From: Macrostomum lignano
Taxonomy: Eukaryota
Direction of reading: 5' to 3'
DNA length: 64,000 nt
NCBI GenBank assembly: GCA_002269645.1
Contig: NIVC01003293.1
Span: forward strand, 119,012-183,011
Numbering within the stretch: the first letter of the stretch is position 1; the number at the start of each line of letters is the position of its first letter. Position numbers and translations under genes: made by a program. The notes beneath the pieces were generated by a model that saw only the letters and a list, made by a program, of their open reading frames with translations, had not been told where the DNA came from and did not search any database. Below, one piece after another: positions 1 to 12,970 of this stretch.

Positions 1-1520
1 AAATTCTTTACTCGAGTTAACATGATAGTCACGTTCAATGTGCGGCTTAATGAGGCTATCAAGAACTTGGCTAACTGATATTCAGCAGTGTTGACCATAG
101 ACACAATAGGTCGCAGTGGTTATCGGGCTTGTGCACTTTGCACATGCCATACATCTGACCTGGTTGGCCGCCGCTTGGTAGATTTTATAATAAGTATCAG
201 GCTTAACGTGTTTTTTGATATGCTGGGAAAGAAAGGTTTGAATTTGCGCTCATTTTTTAAGATAGGGTGCGAGGTAGTAACTAAGAATGTTCCCCGAGAC
301 ACTTAAACTTAGATCCGTCACTTAAAATGCTTCTCATCTTTTCATTGTAGTCAGTGACATTCAAGATGCAGTGCGCGTTACCTTTATCGTATTTAAGTAT
401 GCGGATATTTTCATTGTTTTAAAGATCTCAAAGTACAGTGCAGCAAGCGATTGGCCTTGTATTAATGTAGTTTTGCGCCTTGGCAAAGAAGTTATCACTA
501 GCAGTAATTAAGTGGTTTTTGAATTCAGGTTTGATTCCTATCCGTGCCTCCGTCACTGTTCCCAATCGTACCTCCACTTACCACGTCCTCGATAGCAGCT
601 TGGATGTTGATGCGAGGAAGGCGAGGTGGCAGAACAGGCTGGTTGAGACCAAACTGAAGAGCATTCTTCTCCGCGATGGTTAGCTCGTGATCCGAGAGAT
701 TGGTGACGGAGTCAGGACCGTGTTTCGTCTTCTCAACCCATAGATTGCGAAGTTTGCCTTGTTGTTTTTGTACAGCTGTCTCATTGATCTTCCTGGCTTG
801 CTTGTTGATCAAATGCACGACTGCTGCATACGTTAAAATGCCGGTCTTTTGGCGTAGGAGAAGCTTCTGATGCTTTAACGACTTAGTAAGCTTCTTTTTC
901 TTCTGCTTGCAGTAGGTGAATTGCTTATTGACTAAGTTAGCATGGACGCCTTTCAAGTTTCTGAACACTACAGATTGAGGCACTTTGAAGCGCACAAACT
1001 TAGGTGTAAGCTGCAGTTCAAGGCATTTCAACAGGAACCGTTGGTCTAGATGGCATTTCAGTAGACAGGTAGCAGTTCTTTCCAATTTCCGCAGGCTTTG
1101 GACTGTCACGTCATAGCGTTGGCTCACTTGAAAGTAGAATTCTGGTAGAACAGCACGCTTGATAATGAGAAGTAAAAGAAAGGAGATTGCGAGCATTTTC
1201 ATTAGAACGACATGTTTCGCCTAACTTTAGGCATCATCGGGCAGATTGGAATTTATTTAATTTAAGTCAAAACGTAGAGTACGTAGAGTAGAGTAGGTTC
1301 GCTGCATGCTCCACCGGGCTTTTGAAATTTCTAACAGCTGGAAGAATTTCCATGAAGAAGTGACTAATCTCACTAAATATTTCCGTATGAATGATTACCA
1401 GAATCTCTGCTTAGCTACCATCTTAAAAAGTTTCTCAACCAAAAATTACATTTGCAAAAATCCAATGTGAATGAACAACAGCAAGATTAGTCTCAGACCA
1501 AATATAGGCACCTTTCTATC

Positions 1521-1976
1521 CCCTACTATGGCGAGGCTTCGATCAGTTTTAAGAAAGCGCTCCTCCGGTGCTTTAAGCAGTTTTCTAATGATAATCTGAG
1601 AATCACCTTTTATTGCGATAAAGTTGGCCAGTATGTCTCTAAGCTCAAAAGCCGTGTGCCTCTGCAACTACGTGCAGGTGTCGTCTACCAATTCCAGTGC
1701 TCTGTTGATCAGAGAGTTACCTACCTAGGTAAATCGAAACGGCACTTGTATGTTAGGGGCAGAGAACACTGGTTAAAGCCATCAGCAGTGCAAGACCATC
1801 TTATGGCCTGTAGTGAATGCGCCAACAGTGAGCAAAAGGATAGGTTTACTATCATACACAGTTGCAATATCGATCATCGCCTTAAGATTATTGAAGCTAT
1901 GTACATTAAAAACTGGCAACCAACTTTAAATAAACAGTTGGGTTACGAGGCCGGTGCTCTCCTGAGAGTGTTCTAA
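1521..1976 (+). pseudogene. GIY-YIG endonuclease domain of the PLE
   Basis: In-frame PYYGEASISFKK...VVYQFQC...TYLGKSKRHLYVRGREH...QDH...IIEAMYIKNWQPTLNKQ. The motif pattern matches PLE GIY-YIG domains. The 5' part of this copy is truncated. Confidence 0.88.
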
Positions 1977-1995
1977 ACGTACACCCACTACCCGG

Positions 1996-2027
<32 letters not shown>

Positions 2028-2160
2028 TTCTCTGTCTGTCTCGGTTTTGATCTGTTGACTCCCCCGTGTTTTGTTATTACAATCTTGTGCATCACTGACT
2101 ATCTGCCACTGAAATGTATTTATACTCTACGTTTTGACTTAAATTAAATAAATTCCAATC

Positions 2161-2198
2161 TGCCCGATGATGCCTAAAGTTAGGCGAAACATGTCGTT
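2161..2198 (+). ncRNA. Minimal hammerhead ribozyme-like motif in PLE pseudo-LTR (variant core CCGAUGA)
   Basis: CCGATGA-T-GCCTAA(AG)TTAGGC-GAAAC-AT-GTC. The same motif occurs on the minus strand at ~1206-1243. Stem I pairing is weak. Confidence 0.6.
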
Positions 2199-2239
2199 CT
2201 AATGAAAATGCTCGCAATCTCCTTTCTTTTATTTCTATG

Positions 2240-5200
2240 GGAATCAAAGTCGACTCTGGACCGTGCAATTCAGATAGGACGAGCATAGGATACATCCAAG
2301 CGACAGGCGCGGGCCCTGGCCTCGACGCAGACTAGTCGAGCAGCACCTGCGCCAGTATCTGTGACCGTCGACGACTTGCAGGGCCGGGCCAAGGCACCAG
2401 CACGCCCAGCCAAGATGGCTCGCAACTGTGGCTTCTGCGGGCAGCAGCATGAGCGGCGCAAGTGCCCGGAATTCGGCAAAACCTGCAACGCCTGTGGTCG
2501 TGCAAACCACTTCTCGTCCGTGTGCTGGTCCACCAAAAAGGTCAATGAGCTGGTCGAGGATGACGAGAGCAATGCTTCTGACCAAGGCTCAGCAGTAGCC
2601 GTCATGACTGTAGAGAAGCCCGGAACTCGGCGAGCCAAGATGCAATCCGATAACTCGGCGATGATGGGGAGCTTGACAGTCATGGACTCCGGCAAGAAGC
2701 TGCAGTTCAAAGTGGACACTAGAGCAGACGTCAACGTAATACCTCTGAGACAGCTGATTCAATTTGACCTGCAGCCAGCATTGAGCCAACATTCTGAACG
2801 CTTATCACTTGCAACAAGCAGCTCCTGGATGTAGTCGGTGTCACATACCTGACGGTGTCATCACCCTGCAAGAAGGATATCAGGCTGCAGTTTGTGGTCA
2901 TCGGCGAGAACTCCTCACCCATCATTGGCTGGAAGTCAGCCATTGAGGAGTTGCAGCTCATCAAGAAGCTGTTTTCATGCAGCAGAGTCAGAGCTCCTTC
3001 AGCAAGGTGAAGAAGCGGCGTCCTTCAGAGCTCACGGCTGCCTAGCTGAGGGCTAGCTACCCCGAGGTGTTCAACGGGGTTGGCTGTATGAAGCAACCGT
3101 ATACTATTTAGCTTGCCGAGAACGCAGTGCCAAAAGTACAGCCACCTCGTAAGCTTCCGTTTGCCGCATATCAGCCTCTGAAGTGTGAGTTGGAGCGGCT
3201 AGAGAAGGAGGGAATCAACGTCCGGGTCGATGAGCCAACGCAGTGAGTCTCAAACGTTGCCATCGTATGGAAGAAAGACGCATCAATGCGGTTGTGCCTT
3301 GATCCGAACTACCTCAACAAGTTTATCGTCCGATTCCGACTGCAGAAGAAGTCCGGGCAGCCACCGCCGGAGCAGTGTTTTACAGCTCCTTCGACGCCAA
3401 TGAGAGCTTCCACCAACTCAAGCTGGATGATAAGAGCTCCTTCATGACCACCTTTCACACACCATTTGGCCGGTACCGCTGGAAGCGCGTTCCCTACGGT
3501 CCCTCGTCGATCCCAGAGGTCTTCCAAAAGCGAATGGAAGAGAATGTCACAAATCATGTAAAAAAACTCCAAGAACTTCTTCGACGACATCATCGTATGG
3601 GCCGGAAACCTGAGGAGCACAACCAAGCTGATGGAACAGTGCCAAAGAGCTAACGTGACCTTGAACTTCTCGAAGATGAAAGTTGGTGTCCAAGAGCTCA
3701 ACTACCTCGGTGATGTGCTCAGCTTGGATGGACTGTCAAGGCCATCAAAGAAATGGCCAGGCCGGATGATCTAGCAGGCATAACCGCGAAGAGCGGCTGC
3801 GGCGATTTCTCGGCTTTGTCACTTTTTGGCCAAGTTCTGCCCTCATCTGTCGGCTACTCACTGCGGCATTTGCTGAAGAAGGATGTCATCTGGAGCTGGA
3901 CGCATCAGCAAGATGAGACCTATGACACCATCATCACAGAGCTTTGTTCAAGCCGAGTCCTGGCCACGTTTGACACTACAAAGCCGGTCACCGTATCTGT
4001 GGACGCCAGCGAGAGCGGCATCGGCGCTGTTCTTCTCCTAGAACACCGCCCTGTAGAATTTGCATATTCGGCTATGACAAGCGCTCAGCAAGCCTACGCG
4101 CAGATTGAAAAAGAGCTGCTGGAAATTGTGTACGGCTGCAAGAAGTTTCACCGCAACATCTGGGGCTGCATTGTCTATGTTCAGAGCGATCACAAGCCAC
4201 TGGAAGCAATTTTCAAGAAGCAACTTTGTGACACCACTCCACGGATCCAACGTCTGCTGCTGCAGCAGCAGCCCTACGACATACGCGTCAAGTACACGCC
4301 TGGAAAGGAGCTGCACGTTGCCGATCGCTGAGCCGAGCTCACTGCCAGACGGACAGCTTGACGCATCTTCTACGAGGTAGAAAAAGCGCCGGAAGGACAA
4401 GTGCTAGCGGTGGAGCGGTGCTTCAGCGGGGACCGCGAGATTCTAGATATGATCAAGACTGCCACGGCCTCAGATCAGACGAATCAGCGCCTGTGTGATG
4501 TCATCGCAGCCGGTTGGCCAGAACATCGGTCGAGACTGACGGACGACCTGAAGGTCTTCTGGGATCTCCGGTACGATCTGACGGTCGTTTCGGTGCTTCT
4601 GTGCCTGAAAAACCTCATCTACATGCTCGAGGGCAGCAGCAGGAAATCTATCCTCAACATCCTGCACGCGGGGCACCCTGGCATTGTGAAGATGGACCTG
4701 AAGGCTAAGGATTACTTCTACTGGCCTGGCATGAGCAACTGCTTCGAGCGAACAGTCAGTCAGTGCGAGGCCTGCCAATCGAACATGAAGGCGCAATCAA
4801 AGGAGGCTCGGATGTCCATGGAGATGCCCGACTTCCCCTTTCAAATCTGCTCGACTGATCTATTTGAGTACAGCGGTGCCTCATACCTGGTGTACGTTGG
4901 TGCATACAGCCGCTGGCTAAGCGTCACTCGACTGTGGTCAACAAGCAGCTTGGCCGTGCTGGAAGTACTGCAGGACCACTTCCAGAACTTTGGTGTGCCT
5001 GAGAAGCTCATCAGCGATGGTGGCCCACAGCTCTCGGCTCGAGAGTTTACTAACTGATGAAGACGTTAAAGATCGAGCACAGGACGTCAGGACCAACGTA
5101 TCCACAGTCAAACGGCAGAGCAGAGCGGTACGTGCAAACTGCAAAGAATCTGATGAAGAAGTGCAAGAAGACAGGCCAAAGCCTGGAGATGGAACTCCTG

Positions 5201-5995
5201 CACTACCGAAGCACTCCTATCGGCAGCGGCTTTCCAAGTCCGGCTGAAATGGCCTTCGGCCGAAAGCTTCGATGCGACCTGCCACGTCAGTGCAAGACCT
5301 GTGACCTCGAGAGACTTATGTCCACGACAGCGAACAAGCGAAAGAAAAAGATTTTTCAGAAAAAGCGAATCCGAGCAGCACAACAGTACGACCGCGGTGC
5401 ACATCCGCTGTAGCGTCTGACGGTGAGCGAGCCAGTCTGGCTTCAGCGTGGCCGCCGGGACTGGGTGGCTGCTGAGATCGACAGCGAAGTAGGCGACTCT
5501 CTGAGATCGTACTGGGTCCGCACGGAGACCGGTCAGCTGCTGAGGTGGAATCGGCGCTTCATCCGACTTCGCAAGTTGGGCGTTCCCTTCTTCGAAAGTG
5601 ACATGACAGCCAACGAGAGCATTTCCGACATTGAGGCAGCACTGCATCTCGCCAAGCAGCCGGCGCCTGAGCAGCCGGCGCCTAAGCAGCCAGCGCCTGA
5701 GCAGCCGGCGCCTGAGCAGCCGGCGCCTAAGCAGCCAGCGCCTGAGCAGCCGGCGCCTGAGCAGCCGGCGCCTGAGCAGCCGGCGCCTAAGCAGCCAGCG
5801 CCTGAGCAGCCGGCGCCTGAGCAGCCGGCGCCTAAGCAGCCGGCGCCTAAGCAGCCGGCGCCTAAGCAGCCGGCGCCTAAGCAGCCGGCGCCTAAGCAGC
5901 CGGCACCAGCGCCGGCCCCTACTGCTAACACGGAGTTCCGCACCAACCGGGGGCGACTTGTCAAGAAGCCGGAGCGGTTTCAACCGCGTTGGTAA
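2240..5995 (+). mobile_element. Ty3/Gypsy LTR retrotransposon internal region (gag-PR-RT-RH-IN), frameshifted, no LTRs seen
   Basis: Gag zinc knuckles (CGFCGQQHERRKC, CNACGRANHFSSVC); protease FKVDTRADVN; RT (FHQLKLDDKSSFMTTFHTPFGRYRWKRVPYG); RNase H (VDASESGIG, YAQIEKELL, SDHKPL); integrase (HAGHPG...CEAC, SDGGPQ, PQSNGRAER). Domain order is Gypsy-type. Many stops and frameshifts. Confidence 0.93.
5654..5908 (+). repeat. 15-bp coding minisatellite (K/E)QPAP x17 in the Gypsy pol C-terminus
   Basis: Unit (a/g)agcagcc(g/a)gcgcct; in frame within ORF 5423-5995. Confidence 0.95.
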
Positions 5996-6576
5996 AGATA
6001 CCGATTAGTTCAAAGTCCCCCCGTTGCCCACCCGTTAAAGATGTCGACGGCGTCGGGGTAATAACGGAATGCTTGCGAGAGTAGCTGAGGATGTCCAGCA
6101 GTTGAGGTTTGCGCACTGTCGATCCTTGATCAGCGAAACTAGAGACATTTGCAATCAGGTGTACATATGATAGTCAACTGATACCACCTGTTGAATGTCC
6201 AGAAGCTCCACCTGGATTAAGGCCAGTGACCAACGAAGTTAGAACTGATGCAGACACATGTGGTCGACTAATTTGGAGGCTTGACAAGGCTGCAGTGAGG
6301 CGCAGTGCTGATTGACACACAGGGGGCAAGGAGTACTCTTATAGGAAAAATCCAACCTTCTGGCAGAATTGTTGACTATCTCGACTGTTCGAAGGCTGGC
6401 GACTTGATCTTTGTTTGAGAAGGTGCGTAACAAAAATGTAGTCCGCATTCTTGAATTTCGTGTGCGTGCGTTGCTCCGCTCCGGTGCAGCAAAACATCGT
6501 TAGAGCGTGGGCGAAAATTCCCCCCAACTGGTAGCTCCATGAGGAAAAAGAGCCTGGTGTTCCTACTGTTATACAG

Positions 6577-9500
6577 GGACGCAGAGTGCGGCCTGCAGCA
6601 GTGCTACCAGGACACGCGTCCGAGCTCGGCTAACAGAGTGATAATCGGAAACACCACGTGCTACACACTTCCCAAAATTGATTTATCCTCGTCGGGACTT
6701 CGCAGTCCTTCGCTGGTTCCCGACGGTGCCAAGTGTGGCACCAACTCCGTAAGATGGATTGCGGGATTCATTCAAAATTTATTAATTGCACAAGCTGAAA
6801 CCAGGCAAGTCATTTTTGCAACCAAAACCAACCCGTAGATGTGCGTCAACTCCACCTGCACGCCGTTAAGCACCGTGCGCGCCTGCACGTCCTGTCCTGA
6901 CTGCGGCGTCAACGGGGTGCTCACTACAGGCAGCGTCTGCTTCTGCAATCCGGGCTTCGCTCCGCCAAACTGCTCCACTGTAGGCTGCGGCGGCTCCGTG
7001 ACGTCACCACTGACATGTTCGGGTGGGTATACCGATGCAGCTTCAAACACAATACCTTTGAAGACCAAACGGACGCATTTTAATTTCCAACATTTGATTT
7101 ACAGGACCTGTGGGCACGACAGCGACACCGACTCGTGCATGGACAACTACCACCACTGGCTCAACTGCCACCACTGACACAACTGCCACCACTGACACAA
7201 CTGCCACCACTGACACAACTACCACCACTGACACAACTGCCACCACTGACACAACTACCACCACTGACGCAACTACCACCACTGACACAACTGCCACCAC
7301 TGACACAACTACCACCACTGACACAACTACCACCACTGACACAACTGCCACCACTGACACAACTACCACCACTGACACAACTGCCACCACTGACACAACT
7401 ACCACCACTGACGCAACTACCACCACTGACACAACTGCCACCACTGACACAACTACCACCACTGACACAACTGCCACCACTGACACATCTACCACCACTG
7501 ACACAACTGCCACCACAGACACATCTACCACTACTGACACAACTACCACCACTGGCCCAACTACCACCACTGACACAACCGCCACCACTGACACAACTAC
7601 CACCACTGACACAATTGCCACCACTGACACAATTACCACCACTGACACAACCGCCACCACTGACACAACTACCACCACTGACACAATTGCCACCACTGAC
7701 ACAACTACCACCACTGACACAACTACCACCACTGACACAACTGCCACCACTGACACAACTGCCACCACTGACACAACTACCACCACTGGCTCAACTGCCA
7801 CCACTGACACAACTGCCACCACTGACACAACTGCCACCACTGACACAACTGCCACCACTGACACAACTGCCACCACTGACACAACTACCACCACTGACAC
7901 AACTGCCACCACTGACACAACTACCACCACTGACACAATTGCCACCACTGACACAATTACCACCACTGACACAACTACCACCACTGGCTCAACTGCCACC
8001 ACTGACACAACTGCCACCACTGACACAACTGCCACCACTGACACAACTGCCACCACTGACACAACTGCCACCACTGACACAACTACCACCACTGACACAA
8101 CTGCCACCACTGACACAACTACCACCACTGACACAATTGCCACCACTGACACAATTACCACCACTGACACAACCGCCACCACTGACACAACTACCACCAC
8201 TGACACAATTGCCACCACTGACACAACTACCACCACTGACACAACTACCACCACTGACACAATTGCCACCACTGACACAACTACCACCACTGACACAACT
8301 ACCACCACTGACACAACTGCCACCACTGACACAACTGCCACCACTGACACAACTACCACCACTGGCTCAACTGCCACCACTGGCAGAACTAACACCAGTG
8401 GCACAAGTATGTTTTCAATATTATTTAAAATATAGTATGTCCGTATTAAATTTGCCTGCATATAGTTGTTTAAAATCAGATATTTACAAAGAAAAATTTT
8501 ATTGTGAGAAAAAGAGCTTGCTAGTGTCCAGATCGCAGTAGCCGATATACACTGGCTTGTCCAGCACAACATTTGTCTTGAGAATGTGCACTAGAACTAT
8601 ATGTGGATCCTCATTGAAAATCATCTGCTCGCGGAACGCTGGCTTGGCCACAGGCTTTCCTGCATAATTAACCAGCCCACTAGGTAGTCCACTTGATTGC
8701 GAACATTCTCCATGGTCTTTCTAAATAAAAAAGACCATGGTCTAAGTCTTTGTTGAACTTATTGTTGGCCTTTTGCACGACGCTCCATGCGGTAGATAAT
8801 AACTTGCGGTCGAGTGGTCATGATTACCCAGCCACTGCCATTGCGTAGGTACTTCTCTATCCGGCTGAGGATAGTCTGCATGTCGTCAGAGAAGTAGCGC
8901 TCCTCCTCACTCCGGATAAGAGAGTGGACCTTAGCAGCAAACCAGGCGGTGGTTCCTGGCGGTTCCTGGCGGTTCCTGGCTCACGTTGATGCTGGGTGAT
9001 CAAGTTAATGAAAGCTTGACGAGTGTTTTCCAACACATTCCTCGGGTCTCCATATGCACTGGCCTGGTAAAATCGGGACCTGCCATTAAACGCCCAAGCA
9101 CAACTTAAGATACATAATATATGTTATTTAGTAGTCCTTGTAAACGCCTCCTTGATCAGTTGGAAATGAATCGTTGGGGAGTCATCTAACTCAAATAGTG
9201 CTGGTATCGCAGGGCATACCCCATATATAGTGCTCCTCAATGCCCTCGATTACTGATGACTCGCAGAAGTCCCAAGTTATTTCGCATTTGCATTTTTGTT
9301 TTATGTTAAATTTATTGTATTAGATTTTATCTAAAATAAAAAATCTATGCGGCCCTATGAGTCCTGGTTGCTTTATTTATAAAGGGGTATTGGAACCTCT
9401 CGAGTAATAAAATCCCTTCCCCACATTACTCGGAAATTCCGAGGAAATCACTTCAAATGCTTTCTCGACCAATAGAATCTCTTTACCCTCTCTACTCGAA

Positions 9501-11226
9501 AATTCCAAGCAATCGGACTCTCTACCCATTGACCGATCACATTGAAACTCTGTCTTGCGTGTCACCACACGCGGGTAGAGGATACTCACCAATGGACACT
9601 CATTCACATTTCGATGTCCACCGTTGGACACTCACATCTCGAAACTCACCCTTGGGCACTCACCCAGGCATTCCGCTGTCCGACCCGTCATCTGGCCTGC
9701 TCGACCGGCTTGCTCGACCCTACCCCTGGGCTTTAAACCCAACCCCACCTCTGACCTCGCCGACCCCACTCCTGGGCCTGCCCGACCCCACCTCTGGGCC
9801 TGCCCCACCCTTGACCTACACCACTTCCGGCCTACCCCGCTTCGCCTCCGGGGCTTTCTTATCGCTGATTGGCTCCCCCTCGCTGATTAGCCAGCCAATC
9901 AGCGACGTGGGCCAGACTGTACCATTTTCCTACTACTCATCTCAACCTTGAGGAGTTTTATTCTTTTGAATCTGTTTCGGTCATAGCAAGGTTAGAATTA
10001 TTCACTCTCTGTGCCTGTGGGGGTTGGGTTGGCCCTGATGGGTGCGAATCGCATGACAACCGGCCCTGGCCAATTTTCTTGGCACACAAACCCCAAATGA
10101 CTGCAGCAGCAGATGGAATCCAATCAATGGTTCGTGACGCGAGAGTCAGATGCATTCATTACTCAGCTCAAATTTTACAACTGTCCTTAAATATTGTCTA
10201 AGAGGTGAAATCACCCGCTGCTTTTACACGCGCAGACTCGAACAGAACCACAATCAGCCAGCCGACTACCTCGACGCTGCTGACGACCACGCCTTCAAAC
10301 CAGAACGGCACAGTTGTGAACCCTGACACAATTTTCGGTCTGCAGATGTGGCAAATCATTGCCATCCTGGTTGGCGCCGCGGGCGTTTTCATCCTCCTAG
10401 TGATCATTTCCGTCAATGCGCGCTGCTCCATCCGCAACCAGCGCCTCCGTCGGGCTAAAAGAACCGCCAGGCCGGCACCGCCATCGCAGCATCCGCCACC
10501 CTCCAGGCAGCAGTCGCAGCATCCGCCACCCTCCAGGCAGCTAACGCGACAACAACCATCGCTGCCACAGCCGCCTCCCAGGCCAGATTTTCTCCGGGCT
10601 TCGCCGTATCTAGCGTACAAGCCAGCGTTTGTGCTTGACGATTTCACTGCAGTGAGCTTGCGGATATTGTCACAGTTCGTTTGTGACAGAAGAAGGGCAG
10701 AGAGACAGAGGCGTGTACAGTGCCCCTGACTGTCTTATGGTCAGGCATGCACATTCTCTGTGCCTTGGGGAGTACCAAGCAAATTTTTAATCTTTACCAA
10801 GTTCAGCGTGTAGCTCTGAAGTTAAATACTTGAGTTAGTTACTTGGACACTACCTACGGCATTTGATGCAGTATAAACGAAAATTGCATAAAGGAAACAG
10901 ATAAAACTTCAGAGCCACAATCCCAGTCAAGCATTTTTAAACAATCAATCCACGGCTACTACAAACAGAGGCTATGCAAGCCACGAGGAGCTGAAAGCAA
11001 GTTTCCTGTAGATCGTATAAGTAGAGAGGCGATGGCACACAGGTACACAGAAGCTATATCTGATTCATAATTCACGAAGCACTTTATTCCCAATTTCCAG
11101 CCTCCGCCACCGGCTTGGCCTCCGCCGCCCTCGTTCAGAACGGCCGCCCCGTCTGTGTACACCCTGCCCTCGCCTCAGGCCTGGCCGGAGCGAGAATATA
11201 CCATGAATATGCCAAGATACTTCTGA
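6577..11226 (+). CDS. ADAM-family protease paralog A, 3' half: Cys-rich, EGF-like, Thr-rich stalk, transmembrane helix, Pro-rich cytoplasmic tail
   Basis: Exons 6577-6748, 6839-7022, 7105-8406, 10203-10651, 11101-11226 with consistent phases (2,0,1,1,0). The first three are close paralogs of ADAM-B exons 12-14. TM segment IFGLQMWQIIAILVGAAGVFILLVIISV. Tail ends PPPPAWPPPPSF...MPRYF*. Upstream exons lie left of the TE pile or are lost. Confidence 0.8.
7150..8385 (+). repeat. 18-bp coding tandem repeat (TDTT(A/T)T), mucin-like stalk
   Basis: Unit actgacacaact(g/a)ccacc, roughly 65-70 copies, inside exon 7105-8406. Confidence 0.95.
8505..9100 (-). mobile_element. Relic of Polinton/Maverick-like family B DNA polymerase, internally deleted
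   Basis: Minus-strand translations: AFNGRSRFYQ...AFINLITQHQ (~9000-9095), ILSRIEKYLRNGSGWVI (~8820-8890) and VAKPAFREQMIFNED...NVVLDKPVYIGYCDLDTSKL (~8515-8655). These resemble the GSGW and KPxYxG..LDxSK motifs of animal Polinton-type PolB. Assigned by motif recall, not by a search. Confidence 0.65.
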
Positions 11227-12970
11227 ACAACTCAAGCTGGTAGAACTGGATGATTTAATTGATACAGCAGTTTCGATTTTTTTTCTCATGCCTGTTTCGT
11301 TTCTTTAGTGAACATTGAGATCTCATCTTTAGCTCGAGTCTGATGCAACCAACATGCTACGTCGTTAATAATTCAAGTAATCTTCCTTAAAGTGATACAA
11401 ATCAACAAATTCGTGCCTCAAAAGTGCTCATTGGTATTTTATATTTCTATTTGTGTTTCCATTCAATTGAATTTTCGCGCCTGTGAAATATGAAAGTATT
11501 TTTGGCTCTATTTTTTTAATATTACGCTCGTATATCTTTTTTTCCTGAATTCAACATTTAAGAGTATATTTTCTGCAGATACTACTAAAGATACTATTTT
11601 AAATATATTCACCTTTTTACACATGATTTGCAAAAATTCTTTACTAGCATACCGTTTCGACACATTGATAATGTACAACTTCAAGTGTAATGCAGGCAGG
11701 AATGACTTACAGTAAGTTTATCTTTTCTGCCTTCTCTTTAAGTAGTTATTGTTTGGAGCAGGAATGCAGCCAGTGCCTTCAATGCATACGTGAAGGCGCT
11801 CAACTTCTACTCCAGATTCGACGTTCCAAATACAATATTGGCTGCGTGGCATCTTTATCGCCAAGAGAAAAACAGTTCGTTTCATTGTGTGTGATTCGTA
11901 ATTTACATCGCTGAGACCACTTCAAGCCAAAGCCGAACCCGGATGCAGAATTCTCGGCTGATAGTACAAGCTGCAAAAACTCAAACTGCTTTCACGTTTG
12001 CTTTTATAGCAAACAAGTAGTAAGTATAGCAATCTGCTTATTAACTAGTCATATTGTTAATCTCTTCAGGAGACGATGTTCAAAGCAAGAAGCATCCGCC
12101 CTGGAAGCCTAGCCTAAGATATTACTTAGATCCCCTAGGAGTTTCGGATCAAAGCATCTGAGCGACCCCCGTGAGCATTTCAGCGACTCCCCCATGAATT
12201 TCTTATGGCAGACAAGGCGATTCTTTTATTAATGAGCCCTTATCCTAACACAATTCCCCATTACGACCTTTGAGTCACAGCGCTTTAGAGAAATCGGTTG
12301 AGCCGTCTTTTTTTACTAAAATCAATCACATAAATCGATTCAAAAGCTTAGTCGAAGCTGGAAAAAAGTAAAAAATGAAACTAGCAACTCTGGTCTTTTG
12401 GTAGAAGAGAAATCAAAAGAAGAAAGAAATGAAGAGAATGGAGGCCGAGTTATTCTTGTTTAGAATAATTTTATGCATAAGTTCGTGAAGTGGGTGACTC
12501 TAACACGATTTTTTTTTATAATATATACTCGTAGCTTTGGTGATTACGTCGTAAAAAAAGGAGACAAAGAGGCAGGGGGCAGGGCAGCCCGGGTGCGCAA
12601 AAACCACTCAGAAGGTTGGGGGTGGGGCGGCTCAAGCACCCATGCCCGCAGGACAAAGAGAGCACACAGCAAGACAGAGGAAGACAGCGTTCGATAAACC
12701 CGAAGTGGCTACATGCAAATCTTCACATAGTAGCAACAATGACAATAACGCCCTAGCACAAAGCCTGCGGTTACATTGTCTCACAACCAGCGCTGAGGCG
12801 ACTCTGACCATTCCGCTTGATTTCATAAGCGCATACTAATACTGTACGCAGCCTCGCATTCATACGCAAAGGGTGTACAGCGGCCCTGACTTTCTAATCA
12901 TCAGGCATGTACACTCTCTGTGCCTTGTGGGTATGAATGTGGATGTGAATGTGAATGTGAATGTGGGTGT

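Larger units (their letters stand above)
1..2232. mobile_element. Penelope-like retroelement (PLE), inverted two-part structure, decayed
   Basis: Minus strand 1202->1 encodes the PLE N-terminus (TPKFVRF) and RT-entry motifs (KYDKGN...DYNEKMRSILSD; KVHKPD/PLRPIVS), with frameshifts. Plus strand ~1290-1976 encodes the ORF C-terminus including GIY-YIG. Positions ~1173-1281 and ~2123-2232 are inverted copies of the same ~110 bp pseudo-LTR/tail. Confidence 0.9.

Noticed and set aside
7043-8572. 509 aa Val-rich minus-strand ORF and (PPLTQL)n ORF
   Set aside because: Antisense and alternate frames of the ADAM-A Thr-rich exon; only the Thr frame fits the splice phases.
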